Assembly (NCBI GenBank): GCA_964401865.1
Contig: CAYNZZ010000009.1
Coordinates: forward strand, 1-32,000
Source: an uncultured Erysipelotrichaceae bacterium
GTDB lineage: Bacteria; Bacillota_I; Bacilli_A; Erysipelotrichales; Erysipelotrichaceae
Length of the DNA: 32,000 nucleotides
Direction of reading: 5' to 3'
The notes below the pieces were generated by a model. It ran no database searches. It saw nothing but the letters and a program-made list of their open reading frames with translations, and was not told the origin of the DNA. Position numbers and translations under genes: made by a program. Positions 7,731 through 17,184 of the stretch are shown in pieces (position 1 is the stretch's first letter; the number at the start of each line of letters is the position of its first letter).

Positions 7731-10700
7731 ATGAAGTTTGATATTAGTAATTTTTTAGAAAAAAAAGGATATCTTGCTGAACAAATATCCTTTTTTGACA
7801 GTTTTGAAATTAAAGAAGTTTTTTATTATCGTCGCAAAAACCTGATTATCTTTAAAATTAAAAATACTAAAATACTTCCCTTTTCTCTATATGAAGATTT
7901 GTTGGATTATTTTAAAGATTTATGTAAAGAAGATATTTCACTTGTTTTTGAGGTTAGCGACCATGAATTTCCAATCAAAGAAGTCAATTCCTATTTGAAA
8001 TATTACGCTCATCAAAATAATGGGGCTTTTTTATCATTTGTGGCCAAAAATTGTGATGGAGGAATCATCATTTCGTCATTAGATGAAGGACATTATGAAA
8101 ATGATAAAGATGCTTTGGAAGATTTGAAGATTTTCTTTAAAGACTTAGGTTATGACAAAGACATTAAGATGGATTTAAAAAAACAGAATGAATTTAAAGA
8201 AGAGGTTGTCAAATTAAACATTGAACATAGTCCAAAACCTATGGTGCAGGATAGAAAAGATGAAAAGCCAAAATTTCAGCCAAGAAAGTCAAAGAATTAT
8301 TCTGAAGTGGTGATTGATGATTTATCTGATACATTATATAGTATTAAGTTCAAAGGCGAAATATTTAAAGTTGATAATCGAGTATCAAAAGATGGGAAGC
8401 TTCGACAAACTATTTATGTAAAAGATGAGACTAATGCCTGCATTGTTAAAGCTAATGAATCTTTTAAGATGTCAAAAGAGATGTTAGAAGAGAATAAAGA
8501 GGGTAAATGTGCGTGGTTTAGTGGCAACTATCGTTTTGATATGTATGTAAATGATTATATATTTGAAGTAGAAAAGATTGAATTTTATGAAAAAGAAGAA
8601 GTTATTTTTGACAACGAAGATAAAAAGCGTATTGAGTTACATGCTCATACTAATAAGTCAGAAATGGATGGTGTTTGTGAAGCTGGTGAAATAGTAGAAG
8701 CAGCATTTAAGATGGGGCACGAGGCAGTTGCCATAACTGATCACTTAAATGTACAGGCTTTTCCACCTGCCCAAAGAAAAGTAACTGAATTATTAAAGAA
8801 AAATCCGGATCGTCAATTTAAAGTTTTATATGGTATTGAGTTTAATATGGTTGATGATAGACTGAATTTAGTTTATAACTGCAAGGATTTGTTACTGCAA
8901 ACAGCAGAATATGTAGTATTCGACTTAGAAACAACGGGTCTTTCGACAAGACATGATTACATCATAGAATTTGGTGCTGTGCTAATGGAAAGAGGTACAG
9001 TCAAGGAAAGAAAAGATTTCTTTATTAAACCGCCAATCGCATTATCGTCAACAATTAGTGATTTAACTAACATTCACGAGGAAGATTTGAAGGATGCTAG
9101 AACATTTAAAGAGGCATATCAAGAGATACTCGATTTTATTGATGGCAAAGTCTTAGTTGCTCATAACGCAAGTTTTGACTATGGCTTTTTAAACGAAGAA
9201 TTAAAACGTATTGGTGAAAAAACATTAGATAATCCAGTTATTGATACCTTAGATTTTTCTAAGAGTCTATTTAAAAATCGTCGTTCATATCGTCTAGGAC
9301 ATGTCGCAAGACAATATGGAGTATCATATGATGAAGAAGTAGCGCACAGAGCTGATTACGATGCTGAAGTATTGGCCCAAGTGTTTAACTTAATGTTGAA
9401 AGATGCAAAGAATAATGGTGTTGAAACGCTAGAAGATTTAAGTAATTTCCAAGGCGAAGACGCTTATGTTAAAAAGTTTGCTTATCATACTAATGTCTTG
9501 TGTAAAAATAAAGCAGGATTAAAAGATTTATTCAAGTTAGTGTCAATATCTAATACTGATACTCTTACCATTTTTGGAAAAGCAAATACTAAATCTGGCG
9601 ATTCAGATTTCATTGCTGAACCGAGAATATTGAGAAAAACTTTAAATGAATATCGTGAAAATTTGTTAATTGGTAGCGGATGTTTAAATGGCGAAATATT
9701 TGAAATTGCATCGACCAGAAGTAAGGAAGAACTTCAAAAAGCGATTAGTTTTTATGACTATATCGAAATACAGCCACTTGAAAACTACCGTCACTTAATT
9801 GAGGATAGGAAGAGTTTTGATCTAGAACGTCTTAAACAGTATCAAAGAGATATCATTGATGAAGCATTGGCACAAGGAAAAATCATTGTCGCGACGGGCG
9901 ATGTTCACTATGTAACTAAGGAACAGAAGATATTGCGTGATGTTTATGTCAATGCACAAGGCATTGGTGGTGTCCATCATCCGCTATTTACTTTCAACAA
10001 GGAAATTAGAAAAAAGCAGAATATTCCCGATCAGCGTTTTTTAAACACAAGGGAGATGTTAGATGCGTTTAGCTGGTTAAATGATAAAGAATTGATTGAA
10101 GATTTGGTAATCAATAATCCTAAAAAGATAGCTGATATGTGCGAAGAGATTAAACCTATTCACTCAAAGCTATATACACCAGTTATTGAGGGGTCTAACG
10201 AAAAGTTAATTGATATCATTTGGGAAAATGCTAAAAAAATATATGGTGAACCACTTGATGAGTTTATAAGGGCACGTATTCAAAGAGAAATTGATTCGAT
10301 TATTGGTAATGGTTACGGTGTAATTTATTATGTATCGCACTTACTCGTGAAAAAGAGTAATCAGGAAGGATATCTTGTTGGTTCGAGAGGATCGGTAGGT
10401 TCTTCTCTAGCTGCTACTTTATCAGGTATTACCGAAGTTAATCCTTTACCTCCTCACTATGTTTGCCCGAAGTGTCAACATTTGGAATGGATAGAAGATA
10501 AGAAAATCATGTCCGGATATAATGTTCAAGATAAGAAATGTCCAGAATGTGGAAGCATGATGAAGGGCAATGGTCAAAATATTCCATTTGAAACATTCTT
10601 GGGATTTAATGGAGATAAAGTACCGGATATTGACCTTAATTTTTCAGGCGATTATCAAGATAAAGCCCATTTATTCACTAGAGAAATATTTGGTGAAGAT

Positions 10701-12071
10701 CATGTTTTTAGAGCCGGAACCATTTCAACCGTCGCTGAAAAGACAGCCTTTGGTTATGTTTCTGGGTATTGTGAAGAAAAAGGCATCACCAATATGTCTA
10801 GAGCGCAAAGACAGCGTTTAGCATCAGGATGCGAAGGAGTTAAGAGGACTACCGGTCAGCATCCAGGCGGTATTATCGTTATTCCTAGTTATATGGATGT
10901 TTATGATTTTACCCCTGTTCAATATCCTGCCAATGATCCAAGCGCTACATGGCGTACAACTCACTTCGATTTCCATGAAATTCATGATAATGTATTAAAA
11001 TTTGATATCTTAGGTCATGTCGATCCAACGGCGATGCGTTTACTGCAAAACATTTCCGGAATTGATCCTAAAACTATTCCTATGAACGATGAAAAGGTTA
11101 TGTCGCTTTTCTCAAATACTGAGGCATTAGGTTTAATCAATCCCGATTATAATGAAAAGACTGGAGCGGTAGGCTTGCCGGAGTTTGGAACGCGATTTGT
11201 AAGAGGGATATTAGAAGAAACTAGCCCCCGGAATTTCTCTGATTTAGTACAGATTTCTGGTTTATCACATGGTACTGATGTTTGGAATAATAATGCCAAG
11301 GATTTAGTTGATGAAGGTATCGCTCTAAGAGATGTAATTGGATGTCGTGATGATATTATGTCAACTATGCTTGCATATGGTTTACCTTCCAAGGCTTCAT
11401 TTGACATTATGGAGAAGGTTAGAAAAGGTAAGGGATTATCTGAGGAACATGAGAATTTGATGATTGAGCATGATGTTCCTAAATGGTATATCGAATCATG
11501 TAAGAAGATAAAATACATGTTCCCTAAAGCACATGCCACTGCTTATGTAATTATGGCAGTTCGCATTGCCTGGTTTAAAGTGTATTATCCAGAATATTAT
11601 TATGTGTCATTCTTTACTTTGCGTTGCGATGCTTATGAGATTGAAACCATGGTTAAAGACGCTAAGTCGATAAAAGCCAGAATGGATGAAATTAGTGAAA
11701 AGATGCAATCGAGTGAACCGGGTCAAAAAGCCAGCAAGAAAGAAATTGATATCTACAATACTTTGGAAGTATGTTACGAAATGACTTCTCGTGGTTATCG
11801 ATTGTCAAATATTGATATCAATCGTTCGCTTGCGACAGAGTTTTTAGTCAATCCTAATGATCATCATGAGATTATTCCGCCTTTTGTCATTTTGGACGGA
11901 TTAGGAGAAAACGTTGCCGAGAGTATAATTAAAGCACGCAATGAAAGAGAATTTGTATCAAAAGAAGATTTATTGAACAGAACCCAGCTCTCTCAAACTC
12001 TGATGAAGAAATTGGAGAGTTTACATGTACTGGATGGCATGGAAGAATCGGATCAGATATCTCTATTCTGA
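7731..12071 (+). CDS. polC: DNA polymerase III alpha subunit, PolC type
   Basis: 1446 aa. PHP 'ELHAHTNKSEMDG', inserted DEDDh exonuclease 'VVFDLETTGL ... HNASFDYGFL ... HRADYDA', and Zn module 'CPKCQH...CPECG'. Strong RBS aaggagg at 7717-7723. Confidence 0.97.
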   Translation: MKFDISNFLEKKGYLAEQISFFDSFEIKEVFYYRRKNLIIFKIKNTKILPFSLYEDLLDYFKDLCKEDISLVFEVSDHEFPIKEVNSYLKYYAHQNNGAFLSFVAKNCDGGIIISSLDEGHYENDKDALEDLKIFFKDLGYDKDIKMDLKKQNEFKEEVVKLNIEHSPKPMVQDRKDEKPKFQPRKSKNYSEVVIDDLSDTLYSIKFKGEIFKVDNRVSKDGKLRQTIYVKDETNACIVKANESFKMSKEMLEENKEGKCAWFSGNYRFDMYVNDYIFEVEKIEFYEKEEVIFDNEDKKRIELHAHTNKSEMDGVCEAGEIVEAAFKMGHEAVAITDHLNVQAFPPAQRKVTELLKKNPDRQFKVLYGIEFNMVDDRLNLVYNCKDLLLQTAEYVVFDLETTGLSTRHDYIIEFGAVLMERGTVKERKDFFIKPPIALSSTISDLTNIHEEDLKDARTFKEAYQEILDFIDGKVLVAHNASFDYGFLNEELKRIGEKTLDNPVIDTLDFSKSLFKNRRSYRLGHVARQYGVSYDEEVAHRADYDAEVLAQVFNLMLKDAKNNGVETLEDLSNFQGEDAYVKKFAYHTNVLCKNKAGLKDLFKLVSISNTDTLTIFGKANTKSGDSDFIAEPRILRKTLNEYRENLLIGSGCLNGEIFEIASTRSKEELQKAISFYDYIEIQPLENYRHLIEDRKSFDLERLKQYQRDIIDEALAQGKIIVATGDVHYVTKEQKILRDVYVNAQGIGGVHHPLFTFNKEIRKKQNIPDQRFLNTREMLDAFSWLNDKELIEDLVINNPKKIADMCEEIKPIHSKLYTPVIEGSNEKLIDIIWENAKKIYGEPLDEFIRARIQREIDSIIGNGYGVIYYVSHLLVKKSNQEGYLVGSRGSVGSSLAATLSGITEVNPLPPHYVCPKCQHLEWIEDKKIMSGYNVQDKKCPECGSMMKGNGQNIPFETFLGFNGDKVPDIDLNFSGDYQDKAHLFTREIFGEDHVFRAGTISTVAEKTAFGYVSGYCEEKGITNMSRAQRQRLASGCEGVKRTTGQHPGGIIVIPSYMDVYDFTPVQYPANDPSATWRTTHFDFHEIHDNVLKFDILGHVDPTAMRLLQNISGIDPKTIPMNDEKVMSLFSNTEALGLINPDYNEKTGAVGLPEFGTRFVRGILEETSPRNFSDLVQISGLSHGTDVWNNNAKDLVDEGIALRDVIGCRDDIMSTMLAYGLPSKASFDIMEKVRKGKGLSEEHENLMIEHDVPKWYIESCKKIKYMFPKAHATAYVIMAVRIAWFKVYYPEYYYVSFFTLRCDAYEIETMVKDAKSIKARMDEISEKMQSSEPGQKASKKEIDIYNTLEVCYEMTSRGYRLSNIDINRSLATEFLVNPNDHHEIIPPFVILDGLGENVAESIIKARNEREFVSKEDLLNRTQLSQTLMKKLESLHVLDGMEESDQISLF

Positions 12072-12077
12072 TAACCT

Positions 12078-12106
12078 TTGCATTTTGTAAAAAAATATTG
12101 TATTAT
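12078..12106 (+). promoter_or_regulatory. Candidate sigma-A promoter for the rimP-nusA-infB operon
   Basis: -35 TTGCAT (12078-12083), 17-nt spacer, -10 TATTAT (12101-12106), located just after the polC stop. Confidence 0.35.
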
Positions 12107-12116
12107 TTAGACATTA

Positions 12117-12146
12117 AAGGAGCGAGTTTTCGCTCCTTCTTATTTG
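12117..12146 (+). terminator. Hairpin with an interrupted U-tract: polC terminator and/or leader attenuator of the nusA operon
   Basis: 8-bp stem AAGGAGCG (12117-12124) with CGCTCCTT (12131-12138), 6-nt loop, tail CTTATTTG. It lies between the candidate promoter and the rimP RBS (gggagga, 12146-12152). Confidence 0.55.
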
Positions 12147-12155
12147 GGAGGATGA

Positions 12156-12599
12156 ATGTTACAAGAGGAACTATTAAAAAAGAGCATTGAAAAATGTCTT
12201 AATGACAATGGCTATCATCTTTATGAAATGCGTATTTATAAGAAACAGGGAGAACTTATACTTGCGATTGAAATCGATGAGAGTCTGGACTTAAATCAAA
12301 TATCGATTATTTCTGAAAAAGTATCTAATCTATTAGATGAAATTGATACTAGCGATGAACACTACATCTTAGATGTTTCTTCGGCTGGAATTGAAAGAAA
12401 AATCAACATTGATGAAATTGGTCAAGCTATAAACAAGTATATTCATATCGACCTTAGTGAGAATGAAAGTATTGAAGGGGATTTATTGGAAATAAGTGAT
12501 GAACATTTATTGCTTAAAGTCAGAGATAAAAATCTTTTCAAGAATAAAGAAGTAAAAAAATCTAACATTAAAAGAATACGCTATGCAATTAAATTTTAA
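12156..12599 (+). CDS. rimP: Ribosome maturation factor RimP
   Basis: 147 aa in the conserved position immediately upstream of nusA. The 'LDVSSAGIERK' region is typical of RimP. An RBS is present. Confidence 0.88.
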   Translation: MLQEELLKKSIEKCLNDNGYHLYEMRIYKKQGELILAIEIDESLDLNQISIISEKVSNLLDEIDTSDEHYILDVSSAGIERKINIDEIGQAINKYIHIDLSENESIEGDLLEISDEHLLLKVRDKNLFKNKEVKKSNIKRIRYAIKF

Positions 12600-12611
12600 A
12601 GGAGTAAAAAA

Positions 12612-14345
12612 ATGAGTGGTATTAGTTTAAAAAACAAAGATTTTATTGATGGAATGCGCATTTTTGAAGATGATCGAAAGATAGATCCAGAATTTGTCTT
12701 AGAAACTCTTAAAGAAGCAATCGTAAAGACTTATCAGAAACATATTGATGCACCAGCTGCTGTCGTAAGAGTTGAAATCGATCAAAAGGAAATGAAAATA
12801 TTTCATGACTTAACGGTTGTTGAAGATGAAAGCGATAAATTTGATGAAACTCTAGACATTGAATTAAGCGAAGCTTTGTTAATTAATCCGAATGCAAAGA
12901 TTGGTGATGTTATCACAAGAGAAGTAAATTTTAACGAAATCGGCAGAACTTCAATCAGTGTCGCTAAAAACATGCTTAAACAAAAGATTAAAGAGTATGA
13001 AAAACAACGTGTTTATGATGAATATAAAGATAAAGAATTTGATTTAATCAGTGGTATTATCAAGACAGTTGAAGATAAATTTGTGCTTGTAGATATTAAA
13101 AATACTATCGGTATTTTATTAAAAACCGAACAGATTCCTGGTGAAGTATATCATGAAGGTATGCAAATCAAGACCATTATCAAAGAGGTGTCTAAAAACT
13201 CAAAAGGTTCGCAAGTTGTTTTATCTCGTGCTGATGCAATGTTTGTAAAGCGTCTATTTGAAAAAGAAGTTCCTGAGATCCAACAAGGTATCATCGTCAT
13301 TAAAGCCATTGCCAGAGAAGCTGGTGAAAGAACTAAGATGGCTGTATATACACGCAACGAAGAAATCGATCCTATCGGTGCATGTATCGGACCAAGAGGC
13401 AGCAGAATCCAAGGTGTTATTTCGGAAATAAAAGGCGAAAAAATCGATGTTTTTGAATGGAATGACAATATTGGTGAGCTAGTTAAAAATGCATTATCGC
13501 CTGCCGAAGTTAAAGCTTGTTTCTATCAAGATGAAGATTTGAAGAACTTGAGTGAAGAAGAAAAAGAAAAACGTTTAAAACGTAACAATCGTCCATTGCT
13601 GGTGGTTGTAGATGATGACCAATTATCTATTGCCATTGGTAAAAAAGGTAAGAACGCTAAATTAGCTGTTAAATTGACTGATCGCAAGATTGATATTAAG
13701 ACCGTTTCAGAAATCAAAGAATTAGGAATTGATATTGAAGCTAAAGTAGCTGAATTTGAGCTTGATCAAGAAAGAATTCGTAAAGAAAAAGAAGCTAAAG
13801 AGTTTATGCAGCTTCAAGAAGAGGCTCTAAAACGTAAGCAGGAATTCGATCAAGAGGTTGAGAATAATGATACGGGTATGATTGAGGAAGTATTTGAAGA
13901 ATTAGAAACCGAAACGCCTGAAGAAGAAATCGTTGTCTTTGGTGAAGAAGAACCGGTTGAAGAAGTAAAAGAAGAAATTGTTGAAGAAACCGAAACTAAA
14001 CAAGAAACGATTGAAGAAGAAAAAGAAGAATCAATTAAAGAACCAAAACGTAAAATTAAACTTGAACCAAAACCGGAATACAAGTCAAAATTTGAAGATT
14101 ATGCTGATGCGTCTAAACAAGAAACTAAACCGGTTGAAAAGAAACGCCGTAAGAAGAATGATGAAGATGATCGCCGTATCCGAGCTAAAGATATGAAGAA
14201 AGACAAGGAACATGCCCTAAAGGTTGAGTATTCCGAAGAAGAATTAGAAGAAATTAGACTTCAAGAAGAGGAAGAATCTAAAGATTCTTGGATTAACGAT
14301 GACATTGACTTTGATGCATATGAGGATTATTACGACGAGGATTAA
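12612..14345 (+). CDS. nusA: Transcription termination/antitermination factor NusA with a long charged C-terminal extension
   Basis: 577 aa. The N-terminal domain, S1 and two KH modules are present ('GACIGPRGSRIQ', 'AIGKKGKNAKLA'). Residues from about 370 to 577 form a low-complexity E/K-rich tail. RBS aaaggag. Confidence 0.95.
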   Translation: MSGISLKNKDFIDGMRIFEDDRKIDPEFVLETLKEAIVKTYQKHIDAPAAVVRVEIDQKEMKIFHDLTVVEDESDKFDETLDIELSEALLINPNAKIGDVITREVNFNEIGRTSISVAKNMLKQKIKEYEKQRVYDEYKDKEFDLISGIIKTVEDKFVLVDIKNTIGILLKTEQIPGEVYHEGMQIKTIIKEVSKNSKGSQVVLSRADAMFVKRLFEKEVPEIQQGIIVIKAIAREAGERTKMAVYTRNEEIDPIGACIGPRGSRIQGVISEIKGEKIDVFEWNDNIGELVKNALSPAEVKACFYQDEDLKNLSEEEKEKRLKRNNRPLLVVVDDDQLSIAIGKKGKNAKLAVKLTDRKIDIKTVSEIKELGIDIEAKVAEFELDQERIRKEKEAKEFMQLQEEALKRKQEFDQEVENNDTGMIEEVFEELETETPEEEIVVFGEEEPVEEVKEEIVEETETKQETIEEEKEESIKEPKRKIKLEPKPEYKSKFEDYADASKQETKPVEKKRRKKNDEDDRRIRAKDMKKDKEHALKVEYSEEELEEIRLQEEEESKDSWINDDIDFDAYEDYYDED

Positions 14346-14347
14346 TA

Positions 14348-14605
14348 ATGAAAAAGATTCCAATGCGTCGTTGTGTTGCTACTGGCGAGTCTTTTCCTAA
14401 AAAAGAATTGTTGCGTATTGTTAGAACACCAGAAGGCAATGTCGAGGTGGATTTAACTGGTAAACGCAATGGTAAAGGGGCATATCTTAAAAAAGATATC
14501 GAGGCTTTAAAGGTCGCAAAACAAAAAAAAGCTTTAAGCAGGGCCTTAGAAGTAGAAATTTCTGAAGAAGTTTATCAAGAGATAGAAAAAGCTATTTGTG
14601 GATAA
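14348..14605 (+). CDS. ylxR: YlxR/DUF448 family RNA-binding protein
   Basis: 85 aa with 'RRCVATGESFPKKELLRIV' and conserved nusA-infB synteny. Confidence 0.85.
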   Translation: MKKIPMRRCVATGESFPKKELLRIVRTPEGNVEVDLTGKRNGKGAYLKKDIEALKVAKQKKALSRALEVEISEEVYQEIEKAICG

Positions 14606-14915
14606 ACTTATTCAAACATTAGGTCTGGCTTATAGGGCATCAAAGGTTTATATGGGTGAAATACTCATATCTAATATGTCATCAGTTCACTTGTTATTTG
14701 TTGCAAGTGATGCTTCTAATAAAACTAAAGAGCGTTTTGAAAAGAAATGTTTTTACTACAAAATTCCTTGTATATCTACCTATACCAGTGCTGAATTATC
14801 TAACGCGGTAGGTAAGAGTCATATCGTGGCTATCGGAATAACTGATAAAGGTTTTTCTGATAGTTTAAATAAAGAAATAGAAAGAAGGAGTGCCAATGCC
14901 AAAACAAGTATATAA
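14598..14915 (+). CDS. ylxQ: L7Ae/YlxQ-family ribosomal-protein-like RNA-binding protein
   Basis: 105 aa with a GTG start that overlaps the ylxR stop. It sits between ylxR and infB as in Bacillus. 'LLFVASDAS' is typical of the L7Ae fold. Confidence 0.72.
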   Translation: MDKLIQTLGLAYRASKVYMGEILISNMSSVHLLFVASDASNKTKERFEKKCFYYKIPCISTYTSAELSNAVGKSHIVAIGITDKGFSDSLNKEIERRSANAKTSI

Positions 14916-16728
14916 GAAAAATAACAATAACAAGAAAAATAAGGGCAATTTTAATCAACGCCCAGTAATTCAAGAGAAGGTTGAAGCTATTACTTATCAA
15001 GAGGGTATTACTGTAAGCGAATTGGCTGAAAAAATTCATAAGAATGCCAGCGATATTATTAAAGTATTATTCTTGTTGTCTAAGATGGTAACTATCAATT
15101 CATCTTTAGATGATGAGACAGTAGAATTGGTATGTCTTGAATATGGTATTGATGCAACCAAAGAAGAAGTCAAAGAAGATGATAATCTTGAAGATGATGA
15201 AATTGACGATCCAAGTGATTTAAAAGAAAGACCAGCAATTGTTACAATCATGGGACATGTTGACCATGGTAAAACTACCCTTTTGGACTCGATAAGAAAA
15301 ACCAAGGTTGTCGAAGGAGAATTTGGAGGTATCACGCAACATATTGGTGCCTACCAAGTCAAAGTTAATGGAAAATTAGTTACATTCTTAGATACACCAG
15401 GACATGAAGCTTTCACAGCTATGCGTGCTAGAGGTGCTAAGATTACCGATGTTTCAATTATCGTGGTGGCAGCCGATGATGGTGTAATGCCGCAAACTAA
15501 AGAAGCAGTAGATCATTCTAAAGCTGCTGATGTGCCAATTATCGTTGCCATCAATAAAATGGATAAACCGGATGCTAATCCTGATCGTGTAAAAAATGAA
15601 ATGGCTGATTTAGGGCTTATTCCTGAAGAATGGGGCGGAGAAACAATATTTGTTAACTGTAGCGCTAAAAAAGGTGATGGCATCAAAGAAATTCTTGAAA
15701 CTATCTTGGTTGTAGCTGAAGTTAAAGAATTAAAAGCCAATCCTAAAAAAAGAGCTACTGGTACAGTTATTGAAGCAAAACTAGATAAGGGTAGAGGTCC
15801 GGTTTCAACACTACTTGTTCAAAATGGTGTTTTAAGACAAGGAGATCCGATTGTTGTTGGTTCATGTTATGGAAAAGTAAGAAAAATGACTGATGACATG
15901 GGTAGAGAAATCAAAGAAGCTCTTCCTTCGACACCAGTTGAAATCATTGGTTTAAATGATGTTCCGGTTGCTGGTGATAATTTCAAAGTTTTCTATAATG
16001 AAAAAGAAGCTCGTGCAATAGCTGAAAAACGTGCTGCCGCTAAAGTTGAAAGAGAAAGAAATGCAACTAGTGCTATGTCATTAGATGATTTAGCCAACCA
16101 AATTGCTCAAGGTGAAGTAAAAGAGATTCCAGTCATCGTTAAAGCTGATGTTCAAGGCACTGCTGAAGCGGTATCGGCTTCATTAATGAAGATTGATGTT
16201 GACGGCATAAAAGTGAATGTCATCAGATCGAGTGCTGGTGCAATATCGGAGTCAGATGTTATGTTGGCAAGTGTTTCTAAGGCAGTTATCTATGGTTTTA
16301 ATGTAAGACCATCGGCTAATGTCAGAAAGAAAGCGATTGAAGAAGGTGTAGATATTCGTCTGCACAACATTATCTATAAAGCAGTTGAAGAAATGGAAGC
16401 TGCGATGAAAGGTATGCTTGCGCCAGTATATGAAGAAGTTGTCATTGGTCAGGCTGAAGTCAGAAAAGTATATAAAGTATCTAAAGTCGGAACTATTGCT
16501 GGTTCGATGGTTATTGATGGCAAAATATTAAGAGAATGTAAAGTGCGATTAATCCGTGATGGAATTGTTGTCTATACTGGTAAACTAGGTTCTTTAAAAC
16601 GTTTTGAAAACGATGCTAAAGAAGTTAACAGTGGCTATGAATGTGGTTTAACGATTGAAAACTTTAATGATATTAAAGAAGGGGATATTGTTGAAGCATT
16701 CCAAGACCAAGAGGTTGAAAGAGAATAA
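14896..16728 (+). CDS. infB: Translation initiation factor IF-2
   Basis: G domain '[12 protein letters not shown]', 'DTPGHEAF', 'NKMD'. The ORF track begins at GTG 14890, but AGGAG (14886-14890) sits 5 nt before ATG 14896, so I prefer 14896. Confidence 0.94.
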   Translation: MPKQVYKKNNNNKKNKGNFNQRPVIQEKVEAITYQEGITVSELAEKIHKNASDIIKVLFLLSKMVTINSSLDDETVELVCLEYGIDATKEEVKEDDNLEDDEIDDPSDLKERPAIVTIMGHVDHGKTTLLDSIRKTKVVEGEFGGITQHIGAYQVKVNGKLVTFLDTPGHEAFTAMRARGAKITDVSIIVVAADDGVMPQTKEAVDHSKAADVPIIVAINKMDKPDANPDRVKNEMADLGLIPEEWGGETIFVNCSAKKGDGIKEILETILVVAEVKELKANPKKRATGTVIEAKLDKGRGPVSTLLVQNGVLRQGDPIVVGSCYGKVRKMTDDMGREIKEALPSTPVEIIGLNDVPVAGDNFKVFYNEKEARAIAEKRAAAKVERERNATSAMSLDDLANQIAQGEVKEIPVIVKADVQGTAEAVSASLMKIDVDGIKVNVIRSSAGAISESDVMLASVSKAVIYGFNVRPSANVRKKAIEEGVDIRLHNIIYKAVEEMEAAMKGMLAPVYEEVVIGQAEVRKVYKVSKVGTIAGSMVIDGKILRECKVRLIRDGIVVYTGKLGSLKRFENDAKEVNSGYECGLTIENFNDIKEGDIVEAFQDQEVERE

Positions 16729-17069
16729 TGTCTTTAAGATTAGAACGCATTGAATCCTTGATGCTTAAAGAATTATCAAATATTATAACTTTTGAATTAA
16801 AAGATCCCAATTTAGGTTTTATCACTATTTCTGAAGTTAAAGTTACCAGTGATTTAAGTTATGCTAAAGTATATGTTTCTTTTTTGGGTAAGCAGGAAAG
16901 AAATGATGCTGGATTAAAAGTTTTAAAAAGAGCTAAAGGCTTTTTGAAGAGTGAGTTAGCTAAGAGAATGAAACTTAGAAAAATTCCGGATTTGGTTTTT
17001 GTGCAAGACAAGAGTCTCGAAAATGCCAAAAAGATTGAGAATATACTAGATAAAGTAAAAAATGATTAA
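16728..17069 (+). CDS. rbfA: Ribosome-binding factor A
   Basis: 113 aa with 'RLERIESLMLKELSNII...VKVTSDLSYAKVYVS'. TAATG overlap with infB. Confidence 0.92.
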   Translation: MSLRLERIESLMLKELSNIITFELKDPNLGFITISEVKVTSDLSYAKVYVSFLGKQERNDAGLKVLKRAKGFLKSELAKRMKLRKIPDLVFVQDKSLENAKKIENILDKVKND

Positions 17070-17078
17070 ATTATTAAG

Positions 17079-17125
17079 AAGCAAATCTATAAATGAAAAA
17101 CAAGCTATAGATTTGCTTTTTTATT
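17079..17125 (+). terminator. Strong rho-independent terminator ending the nusA-infB-rbfA operon
   Basis: Perfect 13-bp stem aagcaaatctata (17079-17091) with tatagatttgctt (17106-17118), followed by TTTTTTATT. Confidence 0.8.
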
Positions 17126-17146
17126 GAATGATTGAAAATATGGCGA

Positions 17147-17155
17147 TGATATAAT
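17147..17155 (+). promoter_or_regulatory. Extended -10 promoter element upstream of folA
   Basis: TGaTATAAT (TG at 17147-17148, TATAAT at 17150-17155), followed by RBS tggagga (17167-17173). Confidence 0.4.
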
Positions 17156-17184
17156 ATTAAAAAATATGGAGGATTTTACTAGAA

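Noticed and set aside
7759-7797. Terminator-like inverted repeat inside the polC 5' end (AAAAAAGGATAT - 12 nt - ATATCCTTTTTT)
   Set aside because: The stem contains only two G-C pairs and is otherwise A-T, with a large loop. It lies in codons 10-22 of an essential gene. The A-run/T-run symmetry is easily produced by the Lys/Phe codons (EKKGY...SFFDS) in an AT-rich genome.
10570-11539. ORFs 10570-10821 (+) and 11147-11539 (-, 130 aa) overlapping polC
   Set aside because: Both are embedded entirely in the conserved polC polymerase core. They have no RBS or promoter and no recognisable motifs, so they are frame shadows.
13151-14196. ORFs on both strands within nusA (13151-13468, 13526-13717, 13850-14083 Ser-rich, 13978-14196 Lys-rich)
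   Set aside because: These are by-products of the GAA/AAG-rich low-complexity region and of the nusA core. Ser-rich antisense and Lys-rich +1 frames are the expected mirror of an E/K-rich coding strand.
14890-14895. GTG at 14890 as the infB start (ORF-track call)
   Set aside because: The GTG overlaps the AGGAG Shine-Dalgarno itself. ATG 14896 lies at the optimal 5-nt spacing. Either way the difference is only 2 codons.
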